Positions 28,305 through 36,430 of a DNA stretch of 64,000 nucleotides are shown here, in pieces. Both the position numbers and the translations under genes were made by a program. The DNA is from a virus (Duplodnaviria > Caudoviricetes): IMG/VR virus record IMGVR_UViG_3300042914_002678; one strand, written 5' to 3'. The notes beneath the pieces were generated by a model that saw only the letters and a list, made by a program, of their open reading frames with translations, did no database searches and was not told the DNA's origin. Position 1 is the stretch's first letter. Each line of letters starts with the position of its first letter.

Positions 28305-28863
28305 CACAACAAAAACAGTTGAATCTCAACTACAAAATCTACCAGCAAATCCTTTTTTGTTTGAAATTTTTAACTTAATTTCGAAACAAAGATCAAATGC
28401 AAAAAAATTAGAAATTTTGAAAAAGTATGAGCACCCTTCAATAAAGGCTGTTTTTATTTGGAATTTTGATGATACTATTATTTCAGTACTTCCTCCTGGA
28501 GAGGTTCCATATTCGAGTGTAGGTGAGCAAAATTCATTTAGTGGAACATTAAGTGAAAAAATTAATGATGCTGTATCTAAAATGAATGAACTTGGCAGCT
28601 CATCTTTAGGAGCAACAGATCAAGGATATTCTACAATACGTAAAGAATATAAAATGTTTTATAATTTTATTAAGGGTGGAAATGATACTTTAAGTTCTCT
28701 TCGTAGAGAAACTATGTTTATTAATATCCTTCAAGGACTTCATCCTCTTGAATCGGAAATTCTTTGTCTTGTAAAAGATAAAAAACTTCAAAATAAATAT
28801 AAAATAACTAAAGAACTTGTCTCTGAAGCTTATCCCGACATTAAATGGGGTGGGCGTTCGTGA
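28270..28863 (+). CDS. Conserved T4-like hypothetical protein
   Basis: RRETMFINILQGLHPLE..IL..KDK motif; start moved to 28270. Confidence 0.75.
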   Translation: MTTTTQQKTKNNTTKTVESQLQNLPANPFLFEIFNLISKQRSNAKKLEILKKYEHPSIKAVFIWNFDDTIISVLPPGEVPYSSVGEQNSFSGTLSEKINDAVSKMNELGSSSLGATDQGYSTIRKEYKMFYNFIKGGNDTLSSLRRETMFINILQGLHPLESEILCLVKDKKLQNKYKITKELVSEAYPDIKWGGRS

Positions 28864-29219
28864 ATAAATTGGAGAATGTAATTAAATCTGCTCAAATGGG
28901 AGGAACTGAAATATCCATGGAATGGACTCCAGAAGAAAAACAAAATTTACCTCCCAGATATGGTTGTCAAATTTTATTAGAAAAAACTACAATTGAACAA
29001 GCAAAAGATTCTTCTTTTCCTAATGACGCATACTTAATTTGGTATATGGTTGATAGTAAAGAATATTTGGATCTTTGTAGAGGAACAAGATCCAAAATTT
29101 TTGATCTTTATTATGATAAATTTGGTCCTAGTGTAATTCAAAAAATCGATTTTGGTTATGGTAGGACAAACCCAAAAATTTGGGGATACCGAGCGCCAGA
29201 GAAGAAAAAAAGAAAATAG
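28845..29219 (+). CDS. Hypothetical protein
   Basis: ORF track. Confidence 0.7.
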   Translation: MGWAFVNKLENVIKSAQMGGTEISMEWTPEEKQNLPPRYGCQILLEKTTIEQAKDSSFPNDAYLIWYMVDSKEYLDLCRGTRSKIFDLYYDKFGPSVIQKIDFGYGRTNPKIWGYRAPEKKKRK

Positions 29220-29220
29220 A

Positions 29221-29547
29221 ATGGGTAAGCATTATCTTCTTAATCTTTATGAATGCTCATTCGTTCATTTAAACGATGAGCATTTTCTTATTGATCTATT
29301 AGAAAACGCTGCGATTGCCAGTGGAGCAACTGTTTGTCAAACTATTTTTAAGAAGTTTGATCCCCAAGGTGTAACGGTAATTTGTTTATTGTCCGAGAGT
29401 CACATTAGTATTCATACCTGGCCAGAAGAAGGTAAAGCTGCTTGTGATGTGTATACCTGTGGAGATTGCAATCCTAAAATTGGATGTGATATTATTATTG
29501 AACAACTTAACTCTTCACGTCACACTTTAAGTTATATTGAACGTTAA
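29221..29547 (+). CDS. speD: S-adenosylmethionine decarboxylase proenzyme
   Basis: MGKH..., GVTVICLLSESHISIHTWPE (autocleavage E-S) and DVYTCG. Confidence 0.92.
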   Translation: MGKHYLLNLYECSFVHLNDEHFLIDLLENAAIASGATVCQTIFKKFDPQGVTVICLLSESHISIHTWPEEGKAACDVYTCGDCNPKIGCDIIIEQLNSSRHTLSYIER

Positions 29548-29623
29548 AACAAAATTCACTTTTAGTTTTCCGGATAGGGGGAAAAATTTTCGGCAAAAAT
29601 TTCAATCCCCTAAGATTTTATAA

Positions 29624-29645
29624 AATTGTAACAAATATTACAATT
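29624..29645. promoter_or_regulatory. Palindromic NtcA-like box
   Basis: AATTGTAA-CAAATA-TTACAATT contains GTA-N8-TAC at 29628-29641. Confidence 0.55.
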
Positions 29646-29650
29646 AAACC

Positions 29651-29679
29651 TTGCTATATAAATGCAATAGGTCTATAAT
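29651..29679 (+). promoter_or_regulatory. Sigma70-type promoter
   Basis: TTGCTA-17-TATAAT. Confidence 0.75.
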
Positions 29680-29685
29680 GACCTT

Positions 29686-29784
29686 ACGTTCATCTGGAAA
29701 TCAGACGGAAGTAAGCCGACGCGGAACGGATCGTTCATTCGCTATTTGCAAATAGCGAACGCAAACGCCGACTGAAGGAACGCT
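29686..29784 (+). ncRNA. Glutamine riboswitch (glnA-family)-like RNA with an expanded or tandem architecture
   Basis: CGTTCA-[TCTG/CAGA]-CGGAAGTA...GAAGGAACG core, with an internal second ATCGTTCA and a TTCGCTATTT/AAATAGCGAA hairpin; lies upstream of DUF4278. Confidence 0.75.
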
Positions 29785-29814
29785 CTTTAACCTAAACCAT
29801 TAAGGAGAACCCTA

Positions 29815-29946
29815 ATGTCAAAAGTAGTATATCGTGGTGTTGAATATGACACCGAAGTGCGTAAGCAAGAGCAAGCGCAGCAACAACCTCAACAATACAA
29901 CGAAACCTATCGCGGTGTTAAGTTTGTAAAGGAGGGGCACAAATGA
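29815..29946 (+). CDS. DUF4278-like peptide, 43 aa
   Basis: MSKVVYRGVEYDTEVRKQEQAQQQPQQYNETYRGVKFVKEGHK* with two YRGV motifs; AAGGAG RBS. Confidence 0.85.
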   Translation: MSKVVYRGVEYDTEVRKQEQAQQQPQQYNETYRGVKFVKEGHK

Positions 29947-30044
29947 ACACTTACTTCGTTCGTTACTTAAAGAAAAAAGCAAAGAAGGAAACCCTTCTCA
30001 AAATTGCACAACTGAATATGGCAAAGCAACCTCAAGTTGCTTGA
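29943..30044 (+). CDS. Small basic peptide, 33 aa
   Basis: MNTYFVRYLKKKAKKETLLKIAQLNMAKQPQVA*; AGGAGG RBS and ATGA overlap. Confidence 0.65.
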   Translation: MNTYFVRYLKKKAKKETLLKIAQLNMAKQPQVA

Positions 30045-30050
30045 TATAAA

Positions 30051-30075
30051 GGAGGGTTGATTCCCTCCTTTTTTC
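30051..30075 (+). terminator. Rho-independent terminator
   Basis: GGAGGG-TTGATT-CCCTCC followed by a T run. Confidence 0.8.
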
Positions 30076-30101
30076 ATAAATATCTAAAAAGATCAAGAAT
30101 A

Positions 30102-30785
30102 ATGAGGACCTATAAAGAATTTGTTTATATTTTAGAGCAACAGACTGGTGCTAATTTAATGTTTACTAAAAGACTCGGAAGTAGTGGACTTCCAGGATCT
30201 ACAGCAGTTACTGGTTCTGTTCAAGGTGGAAGACCTGGAGGGACTCAGGTTTCTGCAACAGGAACTTTGGGTAGGGGGACTGTATCTGGTCAAGGCGATA
30301 AAATAAATCAAGGTATAACTAAAGCTATAGAAAATCCTGGACAAGCAGCAAGTACTTCAACAATTAGAAAAGGTGCTTTTGGATCATTAAGTGCTAATGT
30401 AAGTGGTGGTGGAGCACCGAAACCAGCACCAAAACCAGTACCAAAACCACCTACACAACCAATAAAACCACAATCAGGACAAAAAATACAACCTCCAACA
30501 AAACCAACTCCACCAGTCGTAGAGAAACCATCACAGAAACCAACAGTTCCTAGTCTGACTGCTAGAGGATATACTGACGATAGAAATAATCCTTATCCTG
30601 GTTCTATTGAACGTGCAGGTCAACTAGCATCAGATTCACCTGACCCAGCAATTAGAGCACAAGCTGGACAAGACTATCAAGCAATGAGATCTCTTCAAAC
30701 ACAATTTAAAAATGAAAGACTTACTCAAAGCACTGGCGTTAAACCAGTAGTTAAACGATCTGATGGCACCTACGGAGTTCAATAG
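30102..30785 (+). CDS. Gly/Pro-rich protein, possible internal head protein
   Basis: Begins MRTYKEFVYILE; CATAAATA late-promoter-like site upstream. Confidence 0.65.
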   Translation: MRTYKEFVYILEQQTGANLMFTKRLGSSGLPGSTAVTGSVQGGRPGGTQVSATGTLGRGTVSGQGDKINQGITKAIENPGQAASTSTIRKGAFGSLSANVSGGGAPKPAPKPVPKPPTQPIKPQSGQKIQPPTKPTPPVVEKPSQKPTVPSLTARGYTDDRNNPYPGSIERAGQLASDSPDPAIRAQAGQDYQAMRSLQTQFKNERLTQSTGVKPVVKRSDGTYGVQ

Positions 30786-30849
30786 TATATTGGGGGGACT
30801 TGATCCCCTCATTTTTTTATGTTAAAATACCTGAAGAGAATAATAACTT

Positions 30850-31026
30850 ATGGACAGAGACAAACTAAAACTGATTGTCCGTAATCTTGAACTCTTGGTT
30901 GATTCTCTCAAAGCAGAGGTTTATTCTGATAAAACTGTTTACAAATATACAGAACCAGAAGTAAGAAAAAGACCAATTTTAGATTACGACGAAATTTTTG
31001 AGGATTCTGATTTAGATGACCAATAG
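30850..31026 (+). CDS. Small hypothetical protein, 58 aa
   Basis: Hand translation MDRDKLKLIVRNLELLVDSLKAEVYSD...; TTGATC-17-TAAAAT promoter upstream. Confidence 0.7.
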   Translation: MDRDKLKLIVRNLELLVDSLKAEVYSDKTVYKYTEPEVRKRPILDYDEIFEDSDLDDQ

Positions 31027-31183
31027 AGCACAAGAACTAGTAAAGTTGCTTGAGAAATTAACCAAACAAGAGCACCTTTATTCTGCTGAGCAACTGATAG
31101 ATATGAAAAAACAATTGCGAGTGGTAAAGGAAGAACTTGCAGAACTTGAAGCAAAAACATCAAAAGGATTTGGAAAGAAATGA
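31016..31183 (+). CDS. Small coiled-coil hypothetical protein, 55 aa
   Basis: Hand translation MTNRAQELVKLLEKL...TSKGFGKK*. Confidence 0.7.
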   Translation: MTNRAQELVKLLEKLTKQEHLYSAEQLIDMKKQLRVVKEELAELEAKTSKGFGKK

Positions 31184-31932
31184 AACCTATTAAAGCAAAA
31201 GATCTTCTTGAACTTGATAAAAATCTTGAAGTAGTAATGCTTCAATGTTATTCTGAACCTGAAAAGGTAATTTATCAGGCAGGTAAATGTGATTATTCAG
31301 AAACGCCAATTCATACGCAAACAACTCCTAATACAAATGAGTGTGGTGAATGGGTTGTAGAGCGTTTGTTAAGTAATGAGAAAGGGCACTGGGGACCGCT
31401 AGAACACCCTGCGATTACTTTTTCAGTTTCTGGGTACGTTCATAACGTTGCAATGCAAGCAAGGACTCATAGAGTAGGTGTAAGTTTTGATGTTCAATCG
31501 CAACGTTATACTGGAAAACGTGTGATCAAAGTGGCAAGTGGTGAATTGAAACCAGAAGATGTCTTCTTTGTTCGTCCTCCAGGTTTCTATACTAATCGTT
31601 ATGGTAAGAAGTATGATTGGACTCAGGAAGATTATCAAGACGAACTTAACTGGATTGTAGAGGGTTGTAAGCGTTATGCAACAAAATACGAAAAAGGAAT
31701 GTGTGAAGAGCACATTAGGGACTATCTTGCACAAGCAATTCGTCAGAACTTTGTGGTTTCTTTTAATTTACGCTCTGTTCTTCACATTATGGATTTGCGA
31801 GCAAAAATGGACGCACAACTAGAAATTCAAGCATTATGCGAACAGTTTGTTCCACACCTCCAAAATTGGGCACCAAATATTTGGAAGTATTATGAAGAGA
31901 AGCGTCTTCATAGAGCACGGTTGAGTCCCTGA
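31180..31932 (+). CDS. thyX: FAD-dependent thymidylate synthase
   Basis: GHWGPLEH, QARTHR..SFDVQSQRY, NLRS and AQLEIQ. Confidence 0.93.
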   Translation: MKPIKAKDLLELDKNLEVVMLQCYSEPEKVIYQAGKCDYSETPIHTQTTPNTNECGEWVVERLLSNEKGHWGPLEHPAITFSVSGYVHNVAMQARTHRVGVSFDVQSQRYTGKRVIKVASGELKPEDVFFVRPPGFYTNRYGKKYDWTQEDYQDELNWIVEGCKRYATKYEKGMCEEHIRDYLAQAIRQNFVVSFNLRSVLHIMDLRAKMDAQLEIQALCEQFVPHLQNWAPNIWKYYEEKRLHRARLSP

Positions 31933-31961
31933 TAAATAAATTATCTTGAATTTATAACTTT

Positions 31962-32210
31962 ATGCCTATATACCCCATAGTGAATACAAAAACTGGCGAA
32001 CAGAAACAAGTGGAAATGAGTATCCACGTCTGGGATCAGTGGAAAATAGATAATCCGGAATGGATTCGTGACTGGTCGGATCCTTCTACTTGCCCTTCTC
32101 CTGGAGAAGTTGGTGAGTGGAGAGATAAACTTGTCAACAAACATCCTGGGTGGAATGATGTTCTTGCAAAAGCAAGTAAAGCACCAAAATCAACCGTAAA
32201 AAAACTCTAA
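31962..32210 (+). CDS. Conserved T4-like small protein (FmdB-like)
   Basis: MPxYP..NTKTGE...GW.DVL. Confidence 0.7.
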   Translation: MPIYPIVNTKTGEQKQVEMSIHVWDQWKIDNPEWIRDWSDPSTCPSPGEVGEWRDKLVNKHPGWNDVLAKASKAPKSTVKKL

Positions 32211-32216
32211 TAAAAT

Positions 32217-32972
32217 ATGGCAACTAGAAAGAGAAAGAACGAATCTCCAATTGGAATTGGTATGACTGCCAAGCAAATGAGAAGAAAAAAACCAATCAAT
32301 AATGATATGTTGATTGATATTGATCCTCTTACAGAGAATCAAAAACGTCTTTTTGATTCATATTCTCAAGGAAAACATTTAGTTGCATACGGTTGTGCAG
32401 GAACAGGAAAAACATTCATTACTCTTTACAATGCTTTAATGGATGTTCTTGATGAAAGGACCCCATATGAAAAAGTTTATTTGGTTCGTTCATTAGTTGC
32501 TACAAGAGAGATTGGATTCCTTCCCGGAACACACGACGATAAGGCAGATATTTACCAAATTCCTTATAAGAATATGGTGAAATATATGTTCCAAATGCCT
32601 TCTGATGCAGAATTTGAAATGCTTTATGGAAATCTTAAATCGCAAGAAACAATTAAATTTTGGTCAACTTCTTTTCTTCGTGGAACAACCTTAGATAATG
32701 CAATTATTATTGTAGACGAATTTCAAAATTTGAATTTTCATGAACTTGATAGTATAATTACTCGTGTTGGTGAAAATAGCAAAATTTGTTTCTGTGGTGA
32801 TGCCACTCAATCAGATTTGCAAAAAACTAATGAGCGAAATGGAATTATTGATTTTATGAAAGTTTTAAGATCTATGCCTTCAATCGACATTATTGAATTT
32901 GGTGTAGATGATATTGTACGTTCTGGATTTGTTAAGGAATACATTATTGCAAAAATTGAGTCGGGATTTTAA
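32217..32972 (+). CDS. phoH: PhoH-like ATPase
   Basis: GCAGTGKT, IGFLPG, LRGTT, DEFQN and GDATQSDL. Confidence 0.95.
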   Translation: MATRKRKNESPIGIGMTAKQMRRKKPINNDMLIDIDPLTENQKRLFDSYSQGKHLVAYGCAGTGKTFITLYNALMDVLDERTPYEKVYLVRSLVATREIGFLPGTHDDKADIYQIPYKNMVKYMFQMPSDAEFEMLYGNLKSQETIKFWSTSFLRGTTLDNAIIIVDEFQNLNFHELDSIITRVGENSKICFCGDATQSDLQKTNERNGIIDFMKVLRSMPSIDIIEFGVDDIVRSGFVKEYIIAKIESGF

Positions 32973-33649
32973 TGTTTAAACATATTGATTTGAATTTACC
33001 TCAACTTGAGAGGGAGACTATAGACGGTGTTCGTTATTATAAAGTACCAGATCTTGAACAACTACTTAGGCTTGTTTCAATTACTTCAGTAACCAGTCAT
33101 AAAAATCGCCAGTTTTTTGCTAACTGGCGTAAAAAAGTGGGTGAGGAAGAAGCAAATAAAATTACCAAACAAGCAACTAGTCGTGGTACTGATATGCATA
33201 CTTTGGTAGAACACCACCTTAAGAATGAAAATTTACCAGATGTTCAACCACTGTCAGAATTTTTGTTTAAAATTTCTAAACCAGATTTAAATCGTATAAA
33301 TAATGTTTATGCTCTTGAAAGTTCCTTATACAGCAAAATTCTTGGAGTAGCAGGAACTGTAGATTGTATTGCAGAGTTTGACGGTGAATTAGCAATAATA
33401 GACTTTAAAACATCTAAAAAACCAAAACCACGGGAATGGATTGAACATTATTTTGTTCAGTGTGTTGCTTATGCATGTATGTTCTATGAACTTACTGAAA
33501 TTCCCGTAAAAAAACTTGTAATTATTATGGCTTGCGAAAATGGAGAATGCGTCGTTTATGAAGAAAGAGACAAATCAAAGTACATCAAACTACTCACCCA
33601 ATATATTAGAGAGTTTGTTAGAGATAAATTGGAATCATATGGAACATAA
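32972..33649 (+). CDS. PD-(D/E)XK exonuclease
   Basis: RGTDMH and AGTVDCIAEFDGELAIIDFKTS. Confidence 0.88.
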   Translation: MFKHIDLNLPQLERETIDGVRYYKVPDLEQLLRLVSITSVTSHKNRQFFANWRKKVGEEEANKITKQATSRGTDMHTLVEHHLKNENLPDVQPLSEFLFKISKPDLNRINNVYALESSLYSKILGVAGTVDCIAEFDGELAIIDFKTSKKPKPREWIEHYFVQCVAYACMFYELTEIPVKKLVIIMACENGECVVYEERDKSKYIKLLTQYIREFVRDKLESYGT

Positions 33650-33899
33650 TAAAGAATTAGAACAAGCAATAGATAATAAGTTTTTAACGCCTTCAAAATT
33701 TGCACTAGAAATTGAAAAAATAGTGTCTGAAGAAAATATTAATTACATTGACGCTATAGTTCATTACTGCGAACTTAACACTCTTGATGTGGAGTCTGTT
33801 GCAAAACTTATTTCAAAACCTTTAAAAGAAAGGTTAAAGTGGGACGCAACTCGTCTTAACTTTATGAAAAAAACATCGCGTGCTAAATTGCCTTTATGA
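33639..33899 (+). CDS. gp33: Late promoter transcription co-activator
   Basis: FALEIEKIV..NYIDAIVHYCE...LISKPLKERLKWDA; start moved to 33639. Confidence 0.85.
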   Translation: MEHNKELEQAIDNKFLTPSKFALEIEKIVSEENINYIDAIVHYCELNTLDVESVAKLISKPLKERLKWDATRLNFMKKTSRAKLPL

Positions 33900-34492
33900 T
33901 TGTGACTCCTTTTGAAACTTATCAACATTATTTGTCACTCAAAAATCATTTTACAAATCCAAAATACGACTTCTTTAAATATGGTGCTAAGACTCGTGCC
34001 AGTATCACTTCGTTCAACAAGCGTCGTGACAAATACTGGTTTGAAAAAACAAGTCGCAAGTATAAGGACGAAGAAATTGTTAATTTCTTGGTTGCAAACT
34101 TTGTAGAATCTACTAGCGTAAATCAAATATGGATTGGAGAAATTATCAATTCTGGAGAAAGGACTTACGCAGATTGGATGCGGAGACAACAGAGTTTGAC
34201 TTACTTGTTCAAAGAGCAAAGCAACGAATTGTTCTCGGAGATCAAATTAGAGGATGTCTTGAACTGTTCCAAAGGACATCCACCAGTTCTCAAAAGATTT
34301 CTAAGCGGGAAGTTGTCGTTAGAAACTTTAACTATCTACGAAAAAATATTCCATTTCTCAACAGATTTTGATAAAAATCTTCTTGACCCAGTATGGGAAA
34401 CCGTAAGTTTAAAAATCAAAAAATATTCTCCTTTTCTAAATATAGACGTATTCCAATTTAAACGCATTTTACGGGAAATTGTAAATGAGTAA
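33896..34492 (+). CDS. gp59: Helicase loader
   Basis: YLSLKNHF..YDFFKY..F.KRRDKYWFEK. Confidence 0.88.
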   Translation: MIVTPFETYQHYLSLKNHFTNPKYDFFKYGAKTRASITSFNKRRDKYWFEKTSRKYKDEEIVNFLVANFVESTSVNQIWIGEIINSGERTYADWMRRQQSLTYLFKEQSNELFSEIKLEDVLNCSKGHPPVLKRFLSGKLSLETLTIYEKIFHFSTDFDKNLLDPVWETVSLKIKKYSPFLNIDVFQFKRILREIVNE

Positions 34493-34814
34493 CTTTTTTG
34501 ATTCTGATATTATTCAAGAAGAACTGAAAGAAATTAACAAGTTACAAGAACAGATTTACGGAAGTATTCTCACTTTCGGTATAATGCCCCGTGAAGACAA
34601 ACTGGAACACATTGAAAAACTGTCCCTCTTGCTAGAAAAGCAGAGAGTGATGTATACTAGGTTATCTCTCTCAGACGACCCTAAAGCGGTTGAGATGAAA
34701 GAGAATCTACGCAAATCAGTTGCAATCATGGGATTTTCCCCTGAAACTGATATGCAAGTTTTATTCACTAGTATGACAAAAACAATTGAATCCCTCAAGA
34801 AGTACCTTGACTGA
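34485..34814 (+). CDS. Conserved cyanophage hypothetical protein
   Basis: ORF track, between gp59 and gp32. Confidence 0.75.
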   Translation: MSNFFDSDIIQEELKEINKLQEQIYGSILTFGIMPREDKLEHIEKLSLLLEKQRVMYTRLSLSDDPKAVEMKENLRKSVAIMGFSPETDMQVLFTSMTKTIESLKKYLD

Positions 34815-34835
34815 TCCCCCAAATCCTGTTATACT
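34807..34835 (+). promoter_or_regulatory. Sigma70-type promoter of gp32
   Basis: TTGACT-17-TATACT. Confidence 0.75.
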
Positions 34836-34877
34836 ATCCGAGTAATCCCCCGAATCCAAACTATCCGAGGTATCTAA

Positions 34878-35798
34878 ATGGCATTTGCCGATCTTAAAAA
34901 GCAATCTAAACTTGGTTCTCTCACCGAAAAACTGGTGAAAGAAGTCGAAAAAATGAATAGTTCTGGCAGTTCTTCCGACGAACGTGTATGGAAGTTAGAC
35001 TGTGATAAGAGTGGGAATGGATATGCAGTAATCCGATTCCTTCCTGCTCCCGATGGAGAAGATCTTCCTTTTGTGAAGGTTTATTCTCACGCATTCCAAG
35101 GTCCTGGTGGTTGGTTGATTGACAACTGCCTGACAAGTATCAATCAAAAGTGTCCCGTCTGTGAGCACAACTCTGGTCTCTGGAACAATGGTACTGATGC
35201 TGGTAAAGAAGTTGCTCGTAAGCAGAAGCGCAAACTGACCTATGTGTCTAACATCTATGTGGTAAAGGATCCTGCTAATCCTTCCAATGAGGGTAAGGTG
35301 TTCCTCTTCAAGTACGGTAAGAAAATCTTTGATAAGATTACCGAAGCAATGCAACCTGAGTTTGAAGATGAATCTCCCATTGATCCCTTTGACTTCTGGC
35401 AAGGTGCTAACTTCAAACTGAAGGCAAAGAACGTTGCTGGTTATCGTAACTATGATTCCAGTGAATTTGCTTCTCAAAGTGCTCTTCTTGATGATGATGA
35501 CGCAATGGAAGCAATCTGGAAGAAGCAGTATTCTCTCGCAGATTTCATGTCTCCTAGTGAATTCAAGACTTATGAGGAACTGAAAAAGCGTCTTAGTTCT
35601 GTCCTTGGAACCAAGAATACACGTATTGCTGAAGAAGTTGAAGATGAAGATGATTATCGTGGTTCTACAAAAGAACTTGATGATGATCTTCGTGCAGAAC
35701 TTAACAATCTTCAACCTACCCGTCGTGCTACTGCACCCGTAGAAGATAATGAGGATGATGATGCACTTTCCTACTTCGCTCGCTTGGCAGAAGACTGA
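34878..35798 (+). CDS. gp32: Single-stranded DNA-binding protein
   Basis: GNGYAVIRFLP, HAFQGPG, NCLTS..CPVC and an acidic C-terminal tail. Confidence 0.96.
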   Translation: MAFADLKKQSKLGSLTEKLVKEVEKMNSSGSSSDERVWKLDCDKSGNGYAVIRFLPAPDGEDLPFVKVYSHAFQGPGGWLIDNCLTSINQKCPVCEHNSGLWNNGTDAGKEVARKQKRKLTYVSNIYVVKDPANPSNEGKVFLFKYGKKIFDKITEAMQPEFEDESPIDPFDFWQGANFKLKAKNVAGYRNYDSSEFASQSALLDDDDAMEAIWKKQYSLADFMSPSEFKTYEELKKRLSSVLGTKNTRIAEEVEDEDDYRGSTKELDDDLRAELNNLQPTRRATAPVEDNEDDDALSYFARLAED

Positions 35799-35815
35799 TT
35801 ATCTGCTATAATACT

Positions 35816-35842
35816 GGGGAGGCAACGGTCTCCCCTTTTTTT
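35816..35842 (+). terminator. gp32 terminator, overlapping the start of a downstream promoter (TTGGCA-17-TATAAT, 35784-35812)
   Basis: GGGGAGGC-AACG-GTCTCCCC followed by a T run. Confidence 0.75.
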
Positions 35843-36430
35843 ATGAAATCTGACTATTATATTGACCGTATCGCAAAAAAGCAGGCAGAAGAACTTCTAC
35901 TAACTTATCATTATCTAAAAGATTTTTCTAAGGGATTTAAGTCTGGTTATAACTACGGTCTCTTTAAGAAGAATGAGTTTTCACCCCTAAACATTGGTGG
36001 ATTGTTGGGTGTTTGTATTTTTACTGGACTTCCAGTACCTGAAGTAGCACAAGGAGCATTTGGATTAGAAAGAAATGAGCAAGAAGGATTATTTGAACTT
36101 TCACGACTTTGCATCCACCCCGAAACTCAAGGAAACGAGTATAATATCACTTCTTGGTTTATTTCAAGATCGATTAGACAGTTACGGAAGGATACTGAAG
36201 TTAAAGCAATCATCTCTTACGCTGATAGTGATTTCCATAATGGTACAATCTATCGCGCTTGTAACTTTAAGTATTGTGGACTCACAGACGCAAAAAAAGA
36301 TTTCTACTATGCAGACGGAACTAAACACTCTAGAGGCAAAATTAAAGGTGCTGAAGGAGAATGGAAAGACCGCTCCCGCAAGCACCGATATGTGATGGTT
36401 TTTGATAAGAATCTAGAACTCTTATGGTGA
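35843..36430 (+). CDS. Mom-like (GNAT-fold) DNA adenine-modification protein
   Basis: HYL...YNYGL, ELSRLC, IISYAD..HNGTIYRACNFKYCG. Confidence 0.72.
   Translation: MKSDYYIDRIAKKQAEELLLTYHYLKDFSKGFKSGYNYGLFKKNEFSPLNIGGLLGVCIFTGLPVPEVAQGAFGLERNEQEGLFELSRLCIHPETQGNEYNITSWFISRSIRQLRKDTEVKAIISYADSDFHNGTIYRACNFKYCGLTDAKKDFYYADGTKHSRGKIKGAEGEWKDRSRKHRYVMVFDKNLELLW

Noticed and set aside
32100-32217. Pho box upstream of phoH
   Set aside because: No TTAACCT-type direct repeats are visible; phoH is a core gene in these phages
33540-33638. N-terminal extensions in the ORF track (gp33 from 33540, HNH from 5581, speD from 29152, 30057, 51160)
   Set aside because: They overlap upstream genes or terminators; family motifs begin at the later ATGs
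32972-33649. Cas4-like nuclease as evidence of CRISPR
   Set aside because: This is the ordinary T4-like PD-(D/E)XK exonuclease between phoH and gp33
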